Source of the DNA: Haplodiscus bocki | Lineage: Eukaryota | Reading direction: 5' to 3' | Assembly (NCBI GenBank): GCA_965655095.1 | Contig: OZ296657.1 | Coordinates: 40,176,001 to 40,240,000 of the forward strand | Length of the DNA: 64,000 nucleotides | Shown here: positions 48,940 through 62,441 of the stretch, in pieces | Layout of the letters: each line of letters starts with the position of its first letter | How positions within the stretch are numbered: the stretch's first letter is position 1 | The notes under the pieces: generated by a model | Told to the model about the DNA's origin: nothing | Database searches by the model: none | What the model saw: only the letters and a program-made list of their open reading frames with translations | Position numbers and translations under genes: made by a program

Positions 48940-50470
48940 CTATATGCAGCAAATTCAAATCAAGTTATTGTATAAACTCGCTCAAGATACAGACGAATCC
49001 TCTTCGGACTCATGAAAAAAAGAAAGAAACCGAAAACTTTCCATGATTGTATCCTACAAGGGGTATTCCCAAATTATATGAAAAATACCAAAATGACAGC
49101 TCTGTATGAAAGAAGCGATAAAACTACTCCCGAAAACTATAAACCCAAAGTTTTTGCCACGTCTGAGCAAAGTTTATGGAAAAATGCTACTCAAGCTATG
49201 ACTCGTTTTTGCAACACGTTCAATCCCTTCTCACCAATGAAGTTTTGTTTCCGACAAGAACATTCCCGTGTGCAGGTTATTGACCCAATCACGGACTTCA
49301 TGAGGAACGAAATCGAAAAAAAACTACTGGTCAAGCAGGCAAGTTTCCTTCATCTGAAAAAACTTTTGATTCCTTGGATCATTCATAACTCCTACAAAAA
49401 AAATCTCAATTTTGTTTTATAAGGACCTATCGACAACTTTTTCACAAGTTATTTTTCTGATAGGCGGCAATTCCTTGAGGACTATGGATGGATTTCCGAA
49501 TGTTTGAAAATAAAAACAAATGTTCCCCAACGCTCAAAACTGGGACATTTTAATCCCTTCCTTTATTCAATTGAATAGCTAACACACTGTGGCAAAGAAA
49601 TGAAAAAAGTTTTGTTTGCAAGATTTCCTGACGACATTACGAGTGAAGGCAAGTGTAGTGAAACAGATATGGACGTAGATTTGCGGATTTGCAGCGGATC
49701 AGCAATTGAGTTTGCTCGAGAAAAAGCACAGTTGAAACGTCCAAGTGTGAAGTACAAAATTTTCCCATGGCCAAACAGTCGGATTAAAATTGTCATGTAT
49801 AAAATTACCTAATCAGAGAGATTTTTATTAACAATGGCGTCTCTTTTAACTGTACACTCCTTTTTGGGGATCACATTTCCTACGTAGCTGAGAAATGGAA
49901 CCAGTCATGGATCATGATACATGGAATAAAACTTATTTATCCTAAACATTGTCTTCTGCTCTTCTGCAATGCATATGCATTATCAATAATCTTCTATGGA
50001 TTGTTGATATTCGGTTGTGCAGCCATAAAAAGTAAGAAATAGTCGATATATGTGAGAGGACTATTTTCACGGCCATTTTTTGAAACGGAAGTATGATAAC
50101 CTGAAAAACATATTGGAAAAACATTTCAAAAATACTGTGTTTGACATTTTCGTGATGGAAGGGTTCATGAAATTTTCCAGTCGAACAAAATTTGGTTCGC
50201 TATTGGATTTTCAGCAAAAAGGAGTTCAAAAGACAACGTATGTGACAAGTTTCATTCAGAAAGATTTGATGCCAATGTCTTACTGCAGAATTTCCACGAA
50301 ACGCAAATCACTCGAAACCATTCCAAAGACGAGTTTCAAATGGTTAACCAACTTTGATTTCATTCCTGCAAATTTGAAAACTCAAGTCAGAAACCACATT
50401 TTTCAACAGTCGAAAAAATGGAACTTTGTAAGTCTTCGATGGACAAGATTTGAAAAACAGCTTCTTTGAA
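48940..50470 (+). pseudogene. Heavily decayed non-LTR (CR1/Jockey-like) reverse transcriptase fragment
   Basis: GVFPNYMKNTKMTALYERSDKTTPENYKP resembles FPxxLKxAKVxPxxKKGDKxxPxNYRP; KFCFRQEHS resembles QFGFRxxHS; FLHLKK resembles FIDLKKAFD; FPDD resembles FADD. Confidence 0.75.
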
Positions 50471-51294
50471 AGACCAGGTACTTGATTATTAATTCAAATC
50501 CTAAAGGAGTTTTAAAATAACCGATGCTTCGTTACGCACAGTTCTTTTGCCATTAATCCAATTTATTCGCATTGCTCTGAGTGTTTTTTAAGACTTTCTG
50601 GTTCTTCTCTGCACAGTGACTGGAAGAACGAACTACTAAGCATGTCTAGATTTCATAAACTTGCAACATTGTTTTCCACCATCTTCACAGCATGCGAAGA
50701 AAATCATCATCCACTGATCTCGAACGTGCTTTTTGAGCTGGTCTTGCCATTTGATAACGTCCGAATGTTCGGCTTTTCTGTCTGTCAAAGTTTTTGATCA
50801 CCAAATTATAAGAGATTTGTTTTTCAATAAGACTGGAATGGTAAAAAGTCTGAAACCTGGTTTCTTTTACAAAGTAGATGGGGTTTTTGTGGAAAAACCT
50901 TTTTTTCGAAACGGTCAAATGTTGCAATTTGCTGTAGAGAGAGTATCCATTGATAATATTTCATAAAAATTTCCTTTTTAGACCGAAGTGAGGCGTTTTT
51001 GCAGAAAGCAGAAATTTTTTCTAACTTCAAAATATTGTCAACTTTTGCTGAAGGCAGTATTTTTCCTAAAAAAATAGGGTTTCAACTTTCTACATGGTGT
51101 CTTTAGCAAACAAGAGGGCGGTAAAACTGCCGGTGGTTGCCGGTTAGCTTGTTAAATCAATCAGTTGCTTACAATTCTCTTGCGATCCTTTTTTTCACTA
51201 TCTACAAACTTCGTTGATCTTCTTTTTTCCTCTTCTTCTTACTTTGAAACGGATCTGCCACACTTTACACCAACTATTCAAATTCTATCTACAG

Positions 51295-51420
51295 GAACAT
51301 GGAGTGCAGTCAAATTAATTTATTATGAGAACTCTCTCGAAAATCCCAGTAAACAGACAAATGCTTTTCAATGTTTCAAAAACGGGATCATGCGAATTGA
51401 AAGTGTGGGTGTTGAATATG
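51295..51420 (+). CDS. Candidate exon of the channel/LDLa gene
   Basis: CTACAG|GA phase-1 acceptor; TWSAVKLIYYENSLENPSKQTNAFQCFKNGIMRIESVGVEY; G|GTTTAG phase-1 donor; frame-compatible with both neighbours. Confidence 0.45.
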
Positions 51421-53247
51421 GTTTAGGTCTGGTTAGAAGCGGAAAAACAATAGGAAGTGCACAGTCGCATTACGATGTTTCTTGTCCTATGTGTGCAAAA
51501 AACTTCTTGATGAAATTTTCAGCAAACAACTTCCCGGAAAACATGCAGTCTTGACAAAAAAAATCCCTTTACATTAGGACACTAGTGGAAGAATTCAGGC
51601 GGTTAGCTGTAGAGAATTATGAAATTGAATTTAGATTTTAAAAGTTCCTTTTCATTCTCGACGTTTTCAGCCAATCAATATTCGGGTGCATGTAATCAAA
51701 TCAATGCAATTTTCAATCCCTAGATTGTTCTAGGAAATGAAAGTAATGATGTAATAGGGTGATATAAGAAATGAACATGGTAGTTTTGTAGAATTGTAAG
51801 CATATAATTTGAGGTTTGTCTATATAGTGTTACTTTTTGCCAACTCCAGCCAATCGAGATACCGATGTAACAAACAAATTTCATGGTATTTCAACGTAAA
51901 AGAATTCTTCTCAGTTTGAAAAATGCTGATTGAGGCCTTGACTTAAACAATGCAGCAGTGTTGAAGAAAGTCGCGTTTCAAAATTAGGACAGACATACAA
52001 TTTTTTGTTTCTGGCGAGGGTGTCGTACGAGGTATCAAGTGAAAATAATGTATTCCGAGGTGACAAATTTCAGAAGTTTTTTTTGGGAACAAACTTGTTG
52101 ATTGAGATGTCGATAAAAATATTTCAGTGGTCATTGTTGAGGAAAATCGAGCTCGAAGACTGTTGTTCACTACCACTAGAAACATAATTATACATTTTCG
52201 GTATGTGAAGCTTTCAATATAAAGAATAGAATGCTTGCTGATTTTTTCTTCGCAAAGTCTGCGCAACCGGAAAATTTCCGATTCAGATCTCCATATAAGA
52301 AATCAAGTCAAAAACTATGAAGAAGTATAATTTGAAATCGAGAAATGTCTATTTTCAAGAGTTTCATGGCTACTTGGGACTACCAGGATTCCTTCACAAG
52401 GAATAAACTCAACAATTTTTGCACAGTTTTCTGCGAGAGAATTCTTTGAAAAAAATTAAAGGGAGAACAATCAAACCGTTAGTGTCGGAGAATAACGATA
52501 CTGGATGCAGAGATCCATAGAGTGTAAAAGCATCTTTTGGCATTTTCGCTCCGCCCGGATTCCGGCTCAACAAAGTGAAAACGGTGACTTTTCCTTTGAA
52601 AAGTGAAGTTGATGGAAGCCTTCGAAGCAGGAAGAAATCAGGCACTATAGAAATATGAGATTGATTCTTCTTTTTACAAATAAGACACCAGGTTTTTAGC
52701 TTTTCGAGAAAATCGAAAAAGGCCAAAAAACCCCATGAATTGATGCTGATGAGTTCAACTTTAGGCGCGCAAACACAAACTTGAACTAATTCAAAATGGT
52801 GAAAATGCTGCTGAAATAGACACACCTACGGGAGCTTAAAATGTATGCTAATTTTGTTATTCATCAGATCTGGAAGATTGAACGACTCAAAGAATTTATC
52901 TTGAAAGTTTCGAAGGTATCCAAAATACCAATGATTAAAATAAGTGGTGTAGAATGAACATTATTGTGAAAGAAAGTTATGATAATTTAGGTTTGGGAGT
53001 TTGTCGTCGTGCCGACAAAAATGGTGTAGATTTTAATATTCCCCCAATGCATGTAAGATTGCTGATGAAGCAGAGCTTTTCAGTGCAATTATGAAGATAT
53101 GCAAGGTAAAACGGATATGACAAGGAAAACTTTCCCGACGAAGTCTTAATTCTCATTTGAAAATTTTTTACCTTCTTCATAAAATGAAAAATCTGCAAGA
53201 AAGCATATCAGCAAAAAAACCTGCAACCATACAAAGAACCGATAAAG

Positions 53248-53450
53248 GATGGTTGTGTCAATGGATCAATAGTTAATGGCTTCCTTCGGAGCATTTTTTG
53301 TGCATTTAATCTTCGTGTGTCGCCAGTCTTTATGATCTATGAGAAGCCTGGAACAATTCCGTATAGAAAAGTAATTAAAACCTGACTTGACAGTTTAACT
53401 TTGTACCTCAATCGTAGTTTCTTTGATTTCATCGGAGACACTGAAATTCA
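53248..53450 (+). pseudogene. Polinton/adintovirus-like minor capsid (penton) C-terminal remnant
   Basis: DGCVNGSIVNGFLRSIFCAFNLRVSPVFMIYEKPGTIPYRKVIKT*LDSLTLYLN...DFIGDT resembles the CDxIxGSxVNG...ILYSF...PGYxIxxxP...Y...L...DFxGE pattern. Confidence 0.5.
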
Positions 53451-53917
53451 TCGTTCATTAAAAAAAATCTAACTTATTCAAACCATATTCAAACCCAAAT
53501 GTTAAAAACATTAAAAATTTCAAAACAGAATCCTATTGTGTTTGTGGAAAACATTTTTATGACTCAGGTAGTATAACAGGAGATGTAAACTGCAACAAGA
53601 AGACTTTTGCATGAAGTTATTTATTTTGATGGAAGCGTACTGACCGTCAGAAGAATGATTCAATGACGGTCTCTGATGTAACCATAGATTAAAAAGACTC
53701 AGAGTGTGAAATACTTTGATAATGTAGCTGGTAAGGCAGGCACTAGTGCTAGCAAAAGGCTGGTTGATAATCACGCATTACAATTTGAACTGGCTGCAGA
53801 AAAAGGATAAGGGATGTTATATTCAACAAGGGAGATGCAAGATCAGATAGACAACAAATAATTAGGAATTAATTGCTAATTCGTAGGAGATAACGGGTCA
53901 GTACCGATCGGAAGTAC

Positions 53918-56172
53918 TGTCGCAGAGCATGAATAGTTAAGAGAGAGAAAGCTAGAGATTGAAAATGGAAATAGTATTTGGTTCTAATTTTCTCTCTCGC
54001 TTAGAGCGGTGCGTGACTAAGCGCCATTAAGCGCGATGAAAGGAAAATAGAAAATGAAGTAATCAATCATTCAGTCAACCGAGGGGAACAAATGTGTTCA
54101 AGTAAAACATGAAAGACAACTGCGCGATTTGGGAATTGAGTCATGTATGTGTGCGGGTGATAAAATTGGGAGCTGGGAAAGAATTGCTGTCTATTCCATT
54201 AAGCTTGTGAAGAACAGCTTGTTACAAATTGCAGCCACAAAAATCAGTATAAAAATCTCCCTTCATATTTATCCAAATTGTACATATCCCCAAGTAAAAA
54301 TACAACATTAATCGGCCCGTCTAGAAGATTTCGAAAGTACGAACAGTATGATTATATTCAAGAAATCTGGGAGTTACCAACTGTGTCAATTATCCCGGAT
54401 AACGGATTGCTGAAGATGGCTTGATTAAAAAATTGTACAAACGAGTCAAGATAAATTATAATAGGCCCAAAATGCAAATGATATAAAATGTTCACGACAC
54501 AGTAAAAATGCTGTTAGTGAGTTAATTTCAGAATCAAGAGAAAAACAACATAATCATTACAAAAGACCCAAGAAGATTCAATTGGGGTATTTTAGCATTA
54601 ACGGGTAATTTATTCTTGTTTTAGTCTAGGAAGGAGATTCTTTTTCCTCCAAATTTTCTAGCACTGTTTTCTTTTAGGTTGGGCTCTATTTTTGGTAATT
54701 TTATTTTTAATCGCTTATGTTATGCCATATACAAAAATTCATCTTTTAGTCTTCACTCAGTGTTTGTGTTTGCATAGTAACTGGTTCAAAAAGCTTAGTT
54801 TTCCCGAATTTTTTACACCGTGAATAAATCACCGGATTTATTGGCGGGTTTTGATTTGTTTTGAGTTTTGTCTAATAATCAGGTAAATGCTCGTTTATAA
54901 CGGCGACCTGGTGATGTTCTTTTAGTTCTTTTTCCTCCAACCGAGACTTTTTTCTAGCGGAATTTACGGAAAAGACTTATAGAAAGTTAGAACTGATCAG
55001 AGAGATTTACTCGTTCTGAACTAGAAAACTCTTTAACTAACGGATACTGTTGATGTAGTCGGACGATCTGCTAGTAACTCTGGGACTCTCCTCTTAGGAG
55101 TCTGACTTGCGAAGGAATTGAATAGGAAGTCTTGAATCAATGTAAGGAATGGAATTTTTTGAATGTTGGAAGAGGGTCGGTTTCTGCCAATTTAATCCGT
55201 ATCTCGGAATTTAGAATAAATTCCAAATACCACGGAAGCAGATGAGGCGAGATTTGATCTATGTAACGTCAACTCTCTTTTCCTAGGGACCTCCTAGGGG
55301 TCGTGCTGTTTAAGAACCACTCATGCTTCAGAACCGGAGCTCGTCAGCGGAACTCACACACGCTAAAACCAAAGCTAGCGCTAGTGGACACTGTTTAAAC
55401 TCCAGCGGCAAGAGTATAGAATAAATAAAAAAAGTGTGCAAATTAAGATTCACTCTTGTTTCGGAACCCAGGTTCGTCCACGGAATCAGCACACGCCATT
55501 GCCGAAGCTAGCGTTAGTGGACACCGTTTAGACTCCGGAGGCAAGAGTTCAGAACTTGTAGGAAGAAAGAGGGAATTTTTCTAAGTCAGAAAGAAAATGG
55601 GACTTAGAATATTTTTGTAGAGTTGGAATGATTTTGCGGCTGAGACAGAATTTGGAATTGTCTTAGAATATTTTTTCAAACTTGGAAGTTGGGCTTAGAA
55701 TATTTTCGTCCGAAGAGAAGAGGGAAGAGATATTTGGACTTAGAAAATCTTGTCCAAAAAAGCAAAACGGAGAAAGGGAGTTGGACTTAGAATATTTTTT
55801 TCAAGTAAAAGGGAGAAGGAGAGTAAAGTAAAGCAAGTCAGAAGAGGAGTAAGGAGTCCTGTCTGATAAGCGGGAAAGTGAATAATGATCGAGTCCGTTT
55901 CCCAGATCGACTGCAAAATAACAGCTTGCCGCCATTTCATGCAAGCAATAGAAAAAAAGCTTGTACCAACCATGATTGGCAGCAGGAGCCAATAAAAAAA
56001 TAGCTCCAGTTAGAATTTTTTTTGTAAAAATTATTTGTGCAACTCCAACGGTTTATTTATTCCATCAGTTTTTACATTCTTGTTCTTCCGGCTATCCCCT
56101 CAAAAAAGTTAGCTTTGGTTATATGATCATGTTTCAATTAATTAACGTTTAAGCGTTATGTGAAACGCGATA
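53918..56172. mobile_element. Solo LTR, family A (2.26 kb), 4-bp TSD GTAC
   Basis: GTAC|TGTCGCAGAG...ACGCGATA|GTAC; high similarity to 25025-28211. Confidence 0.9.
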
Positions 56173-59100
56173 GTACTAATACCAGTGTAGTCAAGGAGTG
56201 AACTCTAGACTTGTGATTCCATCTTAATTTTTTTCGTCGGATGCTAATTTTCCGTCAATGTGGCGCATAAGAAGATCGAGCGAACATACAACAAATCACA
56301 TTTGAAAATAACCCAATTTTGACAAAAGAATATCTCGATAGAGACCTCGGCGGAAGAATTCAAGCTGATAGCTTCAAAAAGTTTTGAGTTTGGAAATCGA
56401 CAAAATAGGTATTTTTATTGGACTTTTTTGAATGTTAAGCGTATCAATAATTCAATGATAGGGACAAAATCAGTAATTATTCCATCTGATAAACATTTGA
56501 AAAAATATAATTGTCAATTCATATCTTGATAGAAATTTCAAAAGTGTAGTTTTTGAGAGGAACAAGTTGAAAAAACAAGAAATCTCAATGCTAATAGCAC
56601 TTCGCCAATTTTGGTGGTCAATTAGGATTGCAATTCTGAGGCAGAAGAGAAAAAAGTTTTGATATTCAGAAAGGAATAGTCCGCCTCAAGCAAAAAAACT
56701 TTCAATTGATTTTTTGCCAGAAAAATGAAGCAGGTAGGGATAAAAGACATGAGTTTGAATAAAAGAACATGTTGAGACTACCAGCACTATCTGGCTTCTG
56801 TAGTCCATCGGGATTCCACTGCATGAACGAAAAATAATGGTTTTTGATCGCAAAGTCCAACAAAAGTAAAAACAACATTCGATCGACAAAAAAATTAGAC
56901 TAATACTTGAATAAGACACTTTTAGAGAAAAACGACTCTCAAAATCACTAGATTGGTTCAATTTATGAAAACTTCTGTATTCCAATGCAGGAACGGTATT
57001 GGTAGTTTTTTTAAAACACAGTACTCATCAAAAAGTAGAGGCATATGGAGTTCAACCATGGTCGAAAAAATCAAGCCTTCAAGCCTGTAGTTTTCAATTC
57101 TGAAAATTGAGAAGTGAGGTACGATTCTGAATAATATTGGAGTACGACTCTGAATATTGAGATAAACCAATAAAAATTAACTTTTTCATTTTTTGGCTCT
57201 ATCTAAAATTTGATGCGAATAACAAATTAAATGAAGTTTTAATCAACTCTCATTCTCCGAATCTAGTTTTCATGATTGACTCCTTGTTGAAAGAATTCAA
57301 GCCAGCAGTTACCGAGAAAAATGTTTATGAATGTCGAGATGTATCAATACTGATAGCATTTTTCAGAAAATTTTGACCATAAGGAATTTGATGCAAAAAT
57401 CAAAAAAAAATTCAATGAAAAACTCCTCTACAAGGTAAGGCTTTCGGTTGAAAACTGGATGGAAGAAACTGAAGCTGTAGTCTCTGAAAAAACTGAAAGT
57501 GAAAACCGAGATAAATCTGTTTTATTAGCTTATTTTTGGAATTTCTGAACGATCAGGAACTTGACACATCAATAAAAACGAGTGGTTTTTCAGTTTAATT
57601 CTCTTCCACAAGTGTGAAGTTTTTGATTGAGGCCTTGATGGAACAAATGAAACAAGTAGTTGCTGAAAAAACTGTGACGCAAGGCACAAAACACTTGTTT
57701 TTTGATGGAGTACTCAAGCACAAATACGAGGCTTCTGATTGAGACCTAGATGAATGACATGAGCTTTGTCTTTTTGGATGAGAAAGAGTTGCAACATATA
57801 AGAAATTCAATGCTAATTGGTCGTTTTGGCATTCCGTCAATCTGGAAATTACAGAACGGCACGTTATAGTAGAAGTAGTTTCAAAGTAAAATGTTTTTTT
57901 ACCCCGGAGGAACTAGGGTTGTGAAAAAACTGATACTCATAACCTCAAAAGAAACCTTTTTTTATATTCACTTGAACTTCTTAGCAGATTTGTAAATTTT
58001 TATAAATTTTTTTGGAAAAACGAAAAGTTTTTCCAAACATTTTGAAAATTATCGAAAAAAACCTACTTGCATCAGTTACGTCGGAAAATGCACAATGTTT
58101 GAGAAAAATAGAACTCTTTTATTAAAAAACCCCACTTTTTTGTCAAAAAAAGCCTTACTTTTTGATATAAAACAATTGGTTAACGACTATTTAAAATTAA
58201 GTGAATAGAAATTGACGGATGGCAGGATTCTACCCAACCGCCTCTGGCTTCCTAAACACGGTGACGCCCACGCATTTGTAAAATTCAAGGCACTAACGGT
58301 TGTGCATTCTGCGCGCGCATTAGTATGCGTGTCGTGGGCGATTTTCGGAAAAGGAAAAAACTCCTTCCCCATCAAGAGCTCAATATAAAATGAAACACTT
58401 GTAGAGAAATATCGAGGTGAAAACCCGCTGATTTTATTCGTTGCATCAAAGTTTTGCTACTCCGAAGTTTACAAAAGTTTTTTCTCAATAATTTTTCTCG
58501 ATTTTCAAACTCATTCTCATTCGTCACCCATAACTACAGGCTTCATTTTTTTCTATCAAGGTCTCAATCAAACAATTCTTTTGCTTTTAGAAACATTCTC
58601 AATGGAAATATAGCCGATTTTGTTCCTTGCAATGGATTACTGACAGCCTGGTAGTCCAAATAAGGATATTCACGAGGTTTCATCCCGACAGTAAAATTCT
58701 TAAACCTCCCTAACTAGAGGCTTCGTATATTCAATCTTAGTCTCTGCTGAAAGCTTGAAACTTGTGCAGATCGAATGACAAAACAAACTGTTGATTTTTT
58801 CCTCGCGTCAGAATCTTGATAGTCCGGAAATTTCAAAAAAAAACTAACACTTTTAATTTTTCTCGTCTTTCAAGTCATCTTTGCCCGCAACTACAGGTTT
58901 CAACTCTTCCACAAAGATCACAATCGAAAGTTTTACGCTTTTTAAGAATTTTAGTGGTAATAACTAACCTTTCAGTGTCTTGGGATTGACTTGTGATATT
59001 CCGAAGATGTCAAGGAGTCTTTTTTCAATGTGGTGTATTCTCGATTTTTTAACCCGGGCTTCCCCATAACTATTATCTTGATGTCTTGGTTCAAAGACTC

Positions 59101-61907
59101 AATCTAATGCTTTTTACTTGAGTTAGAATATTTAATTAAATAATCGTTGAGTTTTGTAGCCCTCTGTGGAATTGTCAGAAAGAACTTTTAGTCTTGGCAC
59201 ACTTCTGTATTCAAAGTTATACTTCTTCAACTCCTTTTTTCTTTTTTTCCATCAAGGTGTCAATTTGATAGCTTTATGCCTGAAACGCTCTGTTCGTTTC
59301 TAAATATTTCAAAATATGATTTTCACATCGGAATCGGAAGCCTGATTGGCGAGAAGTGGCAAAAGTGCTTTCAGTTCAGACATATTGCTACTTATCCTTC
59401 TCGAAAACTACAGCTTTGAGTTCTTGTATCAAGTTCTGAATTGACGCTTTCGTACTACTGCATGACTTTTCCACTGAAGAATTTCTGGTTTTATTCCTTA
59501 AAATAGCTGGAATTCTTCCATCCAAATCTCCATCGGGTTTCTTTTTCAAAATCAATTGTTGTATATTCAATCTTTCATTTCTGTACGCTTTGACGGAAAA
59601 TATCGCAGTGCGACTGCGCCTCTTGTCTGTTTTGTTCTATAAGACACGAATTTGAATTGCGCGGGCGAATGACTAGCCCACAGAAGTTCCTTGTGTAATT
59701 TTGTTCCTGTGGGTGGGCCTGGTGAATCAACGTAACTTTAGAAGTGGAGTGGGAGAAAGTAATGATCCGTTCCGGAGAATTCACAAACGTTTTGTTCGCA
59801 AAAAGTACCATCATTTCTGGACTCTCCCTTAGGATAGCAAGCAGCCACGCCAGCCGTTAATGGCTTCATTCAAAACGGGCAAACAAAAATGAATGTTTCA
59901 AGGGAAAAGCGCAAGGACATCATTAGCAGCGCCAGAATGGGGGTGTTTCCGGCAATGGAACTTTGATTTTGACGCTTATCATGTTCAATACCACGGCATG
60001 ACAAGGTATCAAAACTTGTGTTCGTTTTTTTTGATACTACTAAAATAAAAGTTATCCTCAGGGAACCTAAAAATGGAACTTGTTCTTACTTCTGCTCTGT
60101 TTCTTGTTAACATTTTAGTTTTCATTTAAAAGTTCTCTATTAGTAGATCCATGAAGCTCGCATTTTTTGTGGAATAAGGCGTAAAAAAATACGGTCTCAT
60201 AAGGAAGAACGTAGGAACCTTTAGGTGTTGTCTTCATGCTGCCAGAGCTAATGAGTTTTCTTAATTTGGCGTCCCGAAACACCGTTGAAATTTTGTTCTC
60301 TGAACATCGCCAGTGACTCAAACGATTTAGAGATCGCTGCAGTTCCAAATAAAATTGTCATGAAACGGGAATCTTAGGCGTCAAAACTTTGTATTGTTTT
60401 GTAGCGGTTTGTTTCGAAAAATCAGAAGTTTAGGCAGAGCCAAGTTTTTCTGAATTTCTGCCTGGTAAATCAGCCAGGTTGGTATTTCAGCGCACTTTTT
60501 CACGCCGGTGGATTTGTTTGAAAAACCATTAATTCAATGGAATTTAATCACGCTCTTGATTGTTCGATCCTTTTTTCCAGCAGAATTTGGAAAAATAATT
60601 AAAAAGGCACAATGTAGCAAACGTTTCTGAAATCTATGAGCCCACAAAGTTCTTCAGCCATGTTTAAGAGAAATAAGCTTGGTCTTCGGAAACAGGCAAC
60701 GAGAAAAATCGGAGCACATGCTGACCTGAGTTGAAATGAAAACCCTTGTAGGAATTTTGAAGATTTCAATCAGACCTTCGACCAAAAAAAATTGAATTGA
60801 GACAAATACCTGTCTAAATGTCTCGTACTCAAACATTTGATCTGTCAATCAAGCCTTGTTACTTTACGCCATTTCACAGCCCAATGTTTAGAAGATCCAC
60901 GCAACGATCTGTGCGAAAATGATTAAATGCCCGTCCACGCTGCCTCGTAATAAACTCAATCATATGCCAATTATGGCATTTCAAGCTGTTTTTTTTTTTC
61001 AATTTTCAGACTAATGTTTCGAAAATTGGCCATTTTTAGAAGGCAAAAACCGAATGTACTTGCGAAACGTCTCAAAAAAAGATCAGTTTCGACCGTTTAC
61101 TATATCACCAGATTCTCTGAAGACGTCAAAAAATGCATGTTTTGGTCAGGTGAAAAAAAAACAAGGCGTAAGCCGATTTCAATAGGAATTCTTTTTTTTA
61201 AACAGAGTATGTAGAAAAAAAAATCAATCACAATTTTGACAAGAAAGAAAACAACTGGATGAAAATGGATATTAATACTACGCTATTTTTGAAGTTTTTT
61301 ATCGCATCTTTCATTTTGATGTAAATTTATTAGCGTTTTCCAAAGATATTGAAACGGGAGACTTTTTTTGAATTCTGAAGAATCAACTATGCAACAGATT
61401 CGGGTGCAAACGTGGCAGAGGATGATTCCTGACTAACAAAATCTACTTGTGCCTTACTGGAAATGGTCCTTTGCATTAGTGCAAACGTCGGGTAATTCGT
61501 GCCCACCAGTTCTAACAAAAATCACCTTGGGCCGTTTTTAGTGACACAAACATATACTTTTACTTCCAAATTTTCATTTTTAGTTTGTATTTTGTCTTGA
61601 AATGGTTTCAACGCTGTATGGTTTGGAGGCTTTCAAATAATTTACACTGCACAATCAGCACTGAAACTGCGATGGTCATCGGCGTCAAGTTCTGATTCAG
61701 AGCTGATCACGGTTGCAATTTTCAAGCACTCCTACCCTTAAGCGTTTGACATATTGAAAATTGTCGTATCCACATTGCAAAATAGCATCATTTTTGAAAA
61801 CAACAAATCATTTCAAAAAGATTTTTGAAAACAACACTTTTGAAATTTCTCAGCAAGAGAAAGGCTTCTTTAATACAGTTTTGTGTAATTCAATAGTTAT
61901 ATTTTAG

Positions 61908-62024
61908 TGAAGGAAACTGAAAATTATTTTGTGTGCTGTTCGAGCAATTTGAGAATCCCTATTGAGCGAAGATGTGATGCTGTGATTGACTGCACGAGAG
62001 ATTATTCCGATGAAATTCTATTTG
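61908..62024 (+). CDS. Exon encoding a divergent LDLa-like repeat
   Basis: TTTTAG|TG; KETENYFVCCSSNLRIPIERRCDAVIDCTRDYSDEILF; G|GTGAG; phase 1-1. Confidence 0.85.
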
Positions 62025-62225
62025 GTGAGATGTCAAAACTTCGGTCGAAAACTCAAAAAAATGAGACTCTTTCAATTTGCATACATTCGTAATTTGGCAT
62101 TTGCAAGTTCTAACTTAACCCATCATTGTATCTGGATGATTTGTCAAATACCACTTTGCTTCTAATTGTCAAACTCGTTATTCTTTTTGTTCATACATAT
62201 AGTAAAAAAAACTGTTTTTTGGCAG

Positions 62226-62441
62226 GTTGTCTGAAAAACATGACAATGCCCCAGAGTGATGAAAACAATACATTTATGACATGTGTGGATGGCAGTACTC
62301 CACGTTCTACGTTCACGAAGAGACAGAAAATCAGTCTTGTCGAGGTGGGAGACGGGGTCACTAATTGTGATTGGCAAATGGATGAAGTGTGCGCGTGGAA
62401 AAAACTTCAGAGGTCAACGTATTCGAACCCTTTTGACCCGA
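62226..62441 (+). CDS. Exon encoding a divergent LDLa-like repeat
   Basis: TGGCAG|GT; CLKNMT...FMTCVDGS...ISLVEVGDGVTNCDWQMDEVCAW...PFDP; A|GTTAGT; phase 1-1; N-glycosylation sequons NMT and NNT. Confidence 0.8.

Noticed and set aside
59575-60350. Second MATH-like or Polinton-like ORF on the minus strand
   Set aside because: Isolated short resemblances (TPPFW, KVTLIHQ) with no colinear motif set
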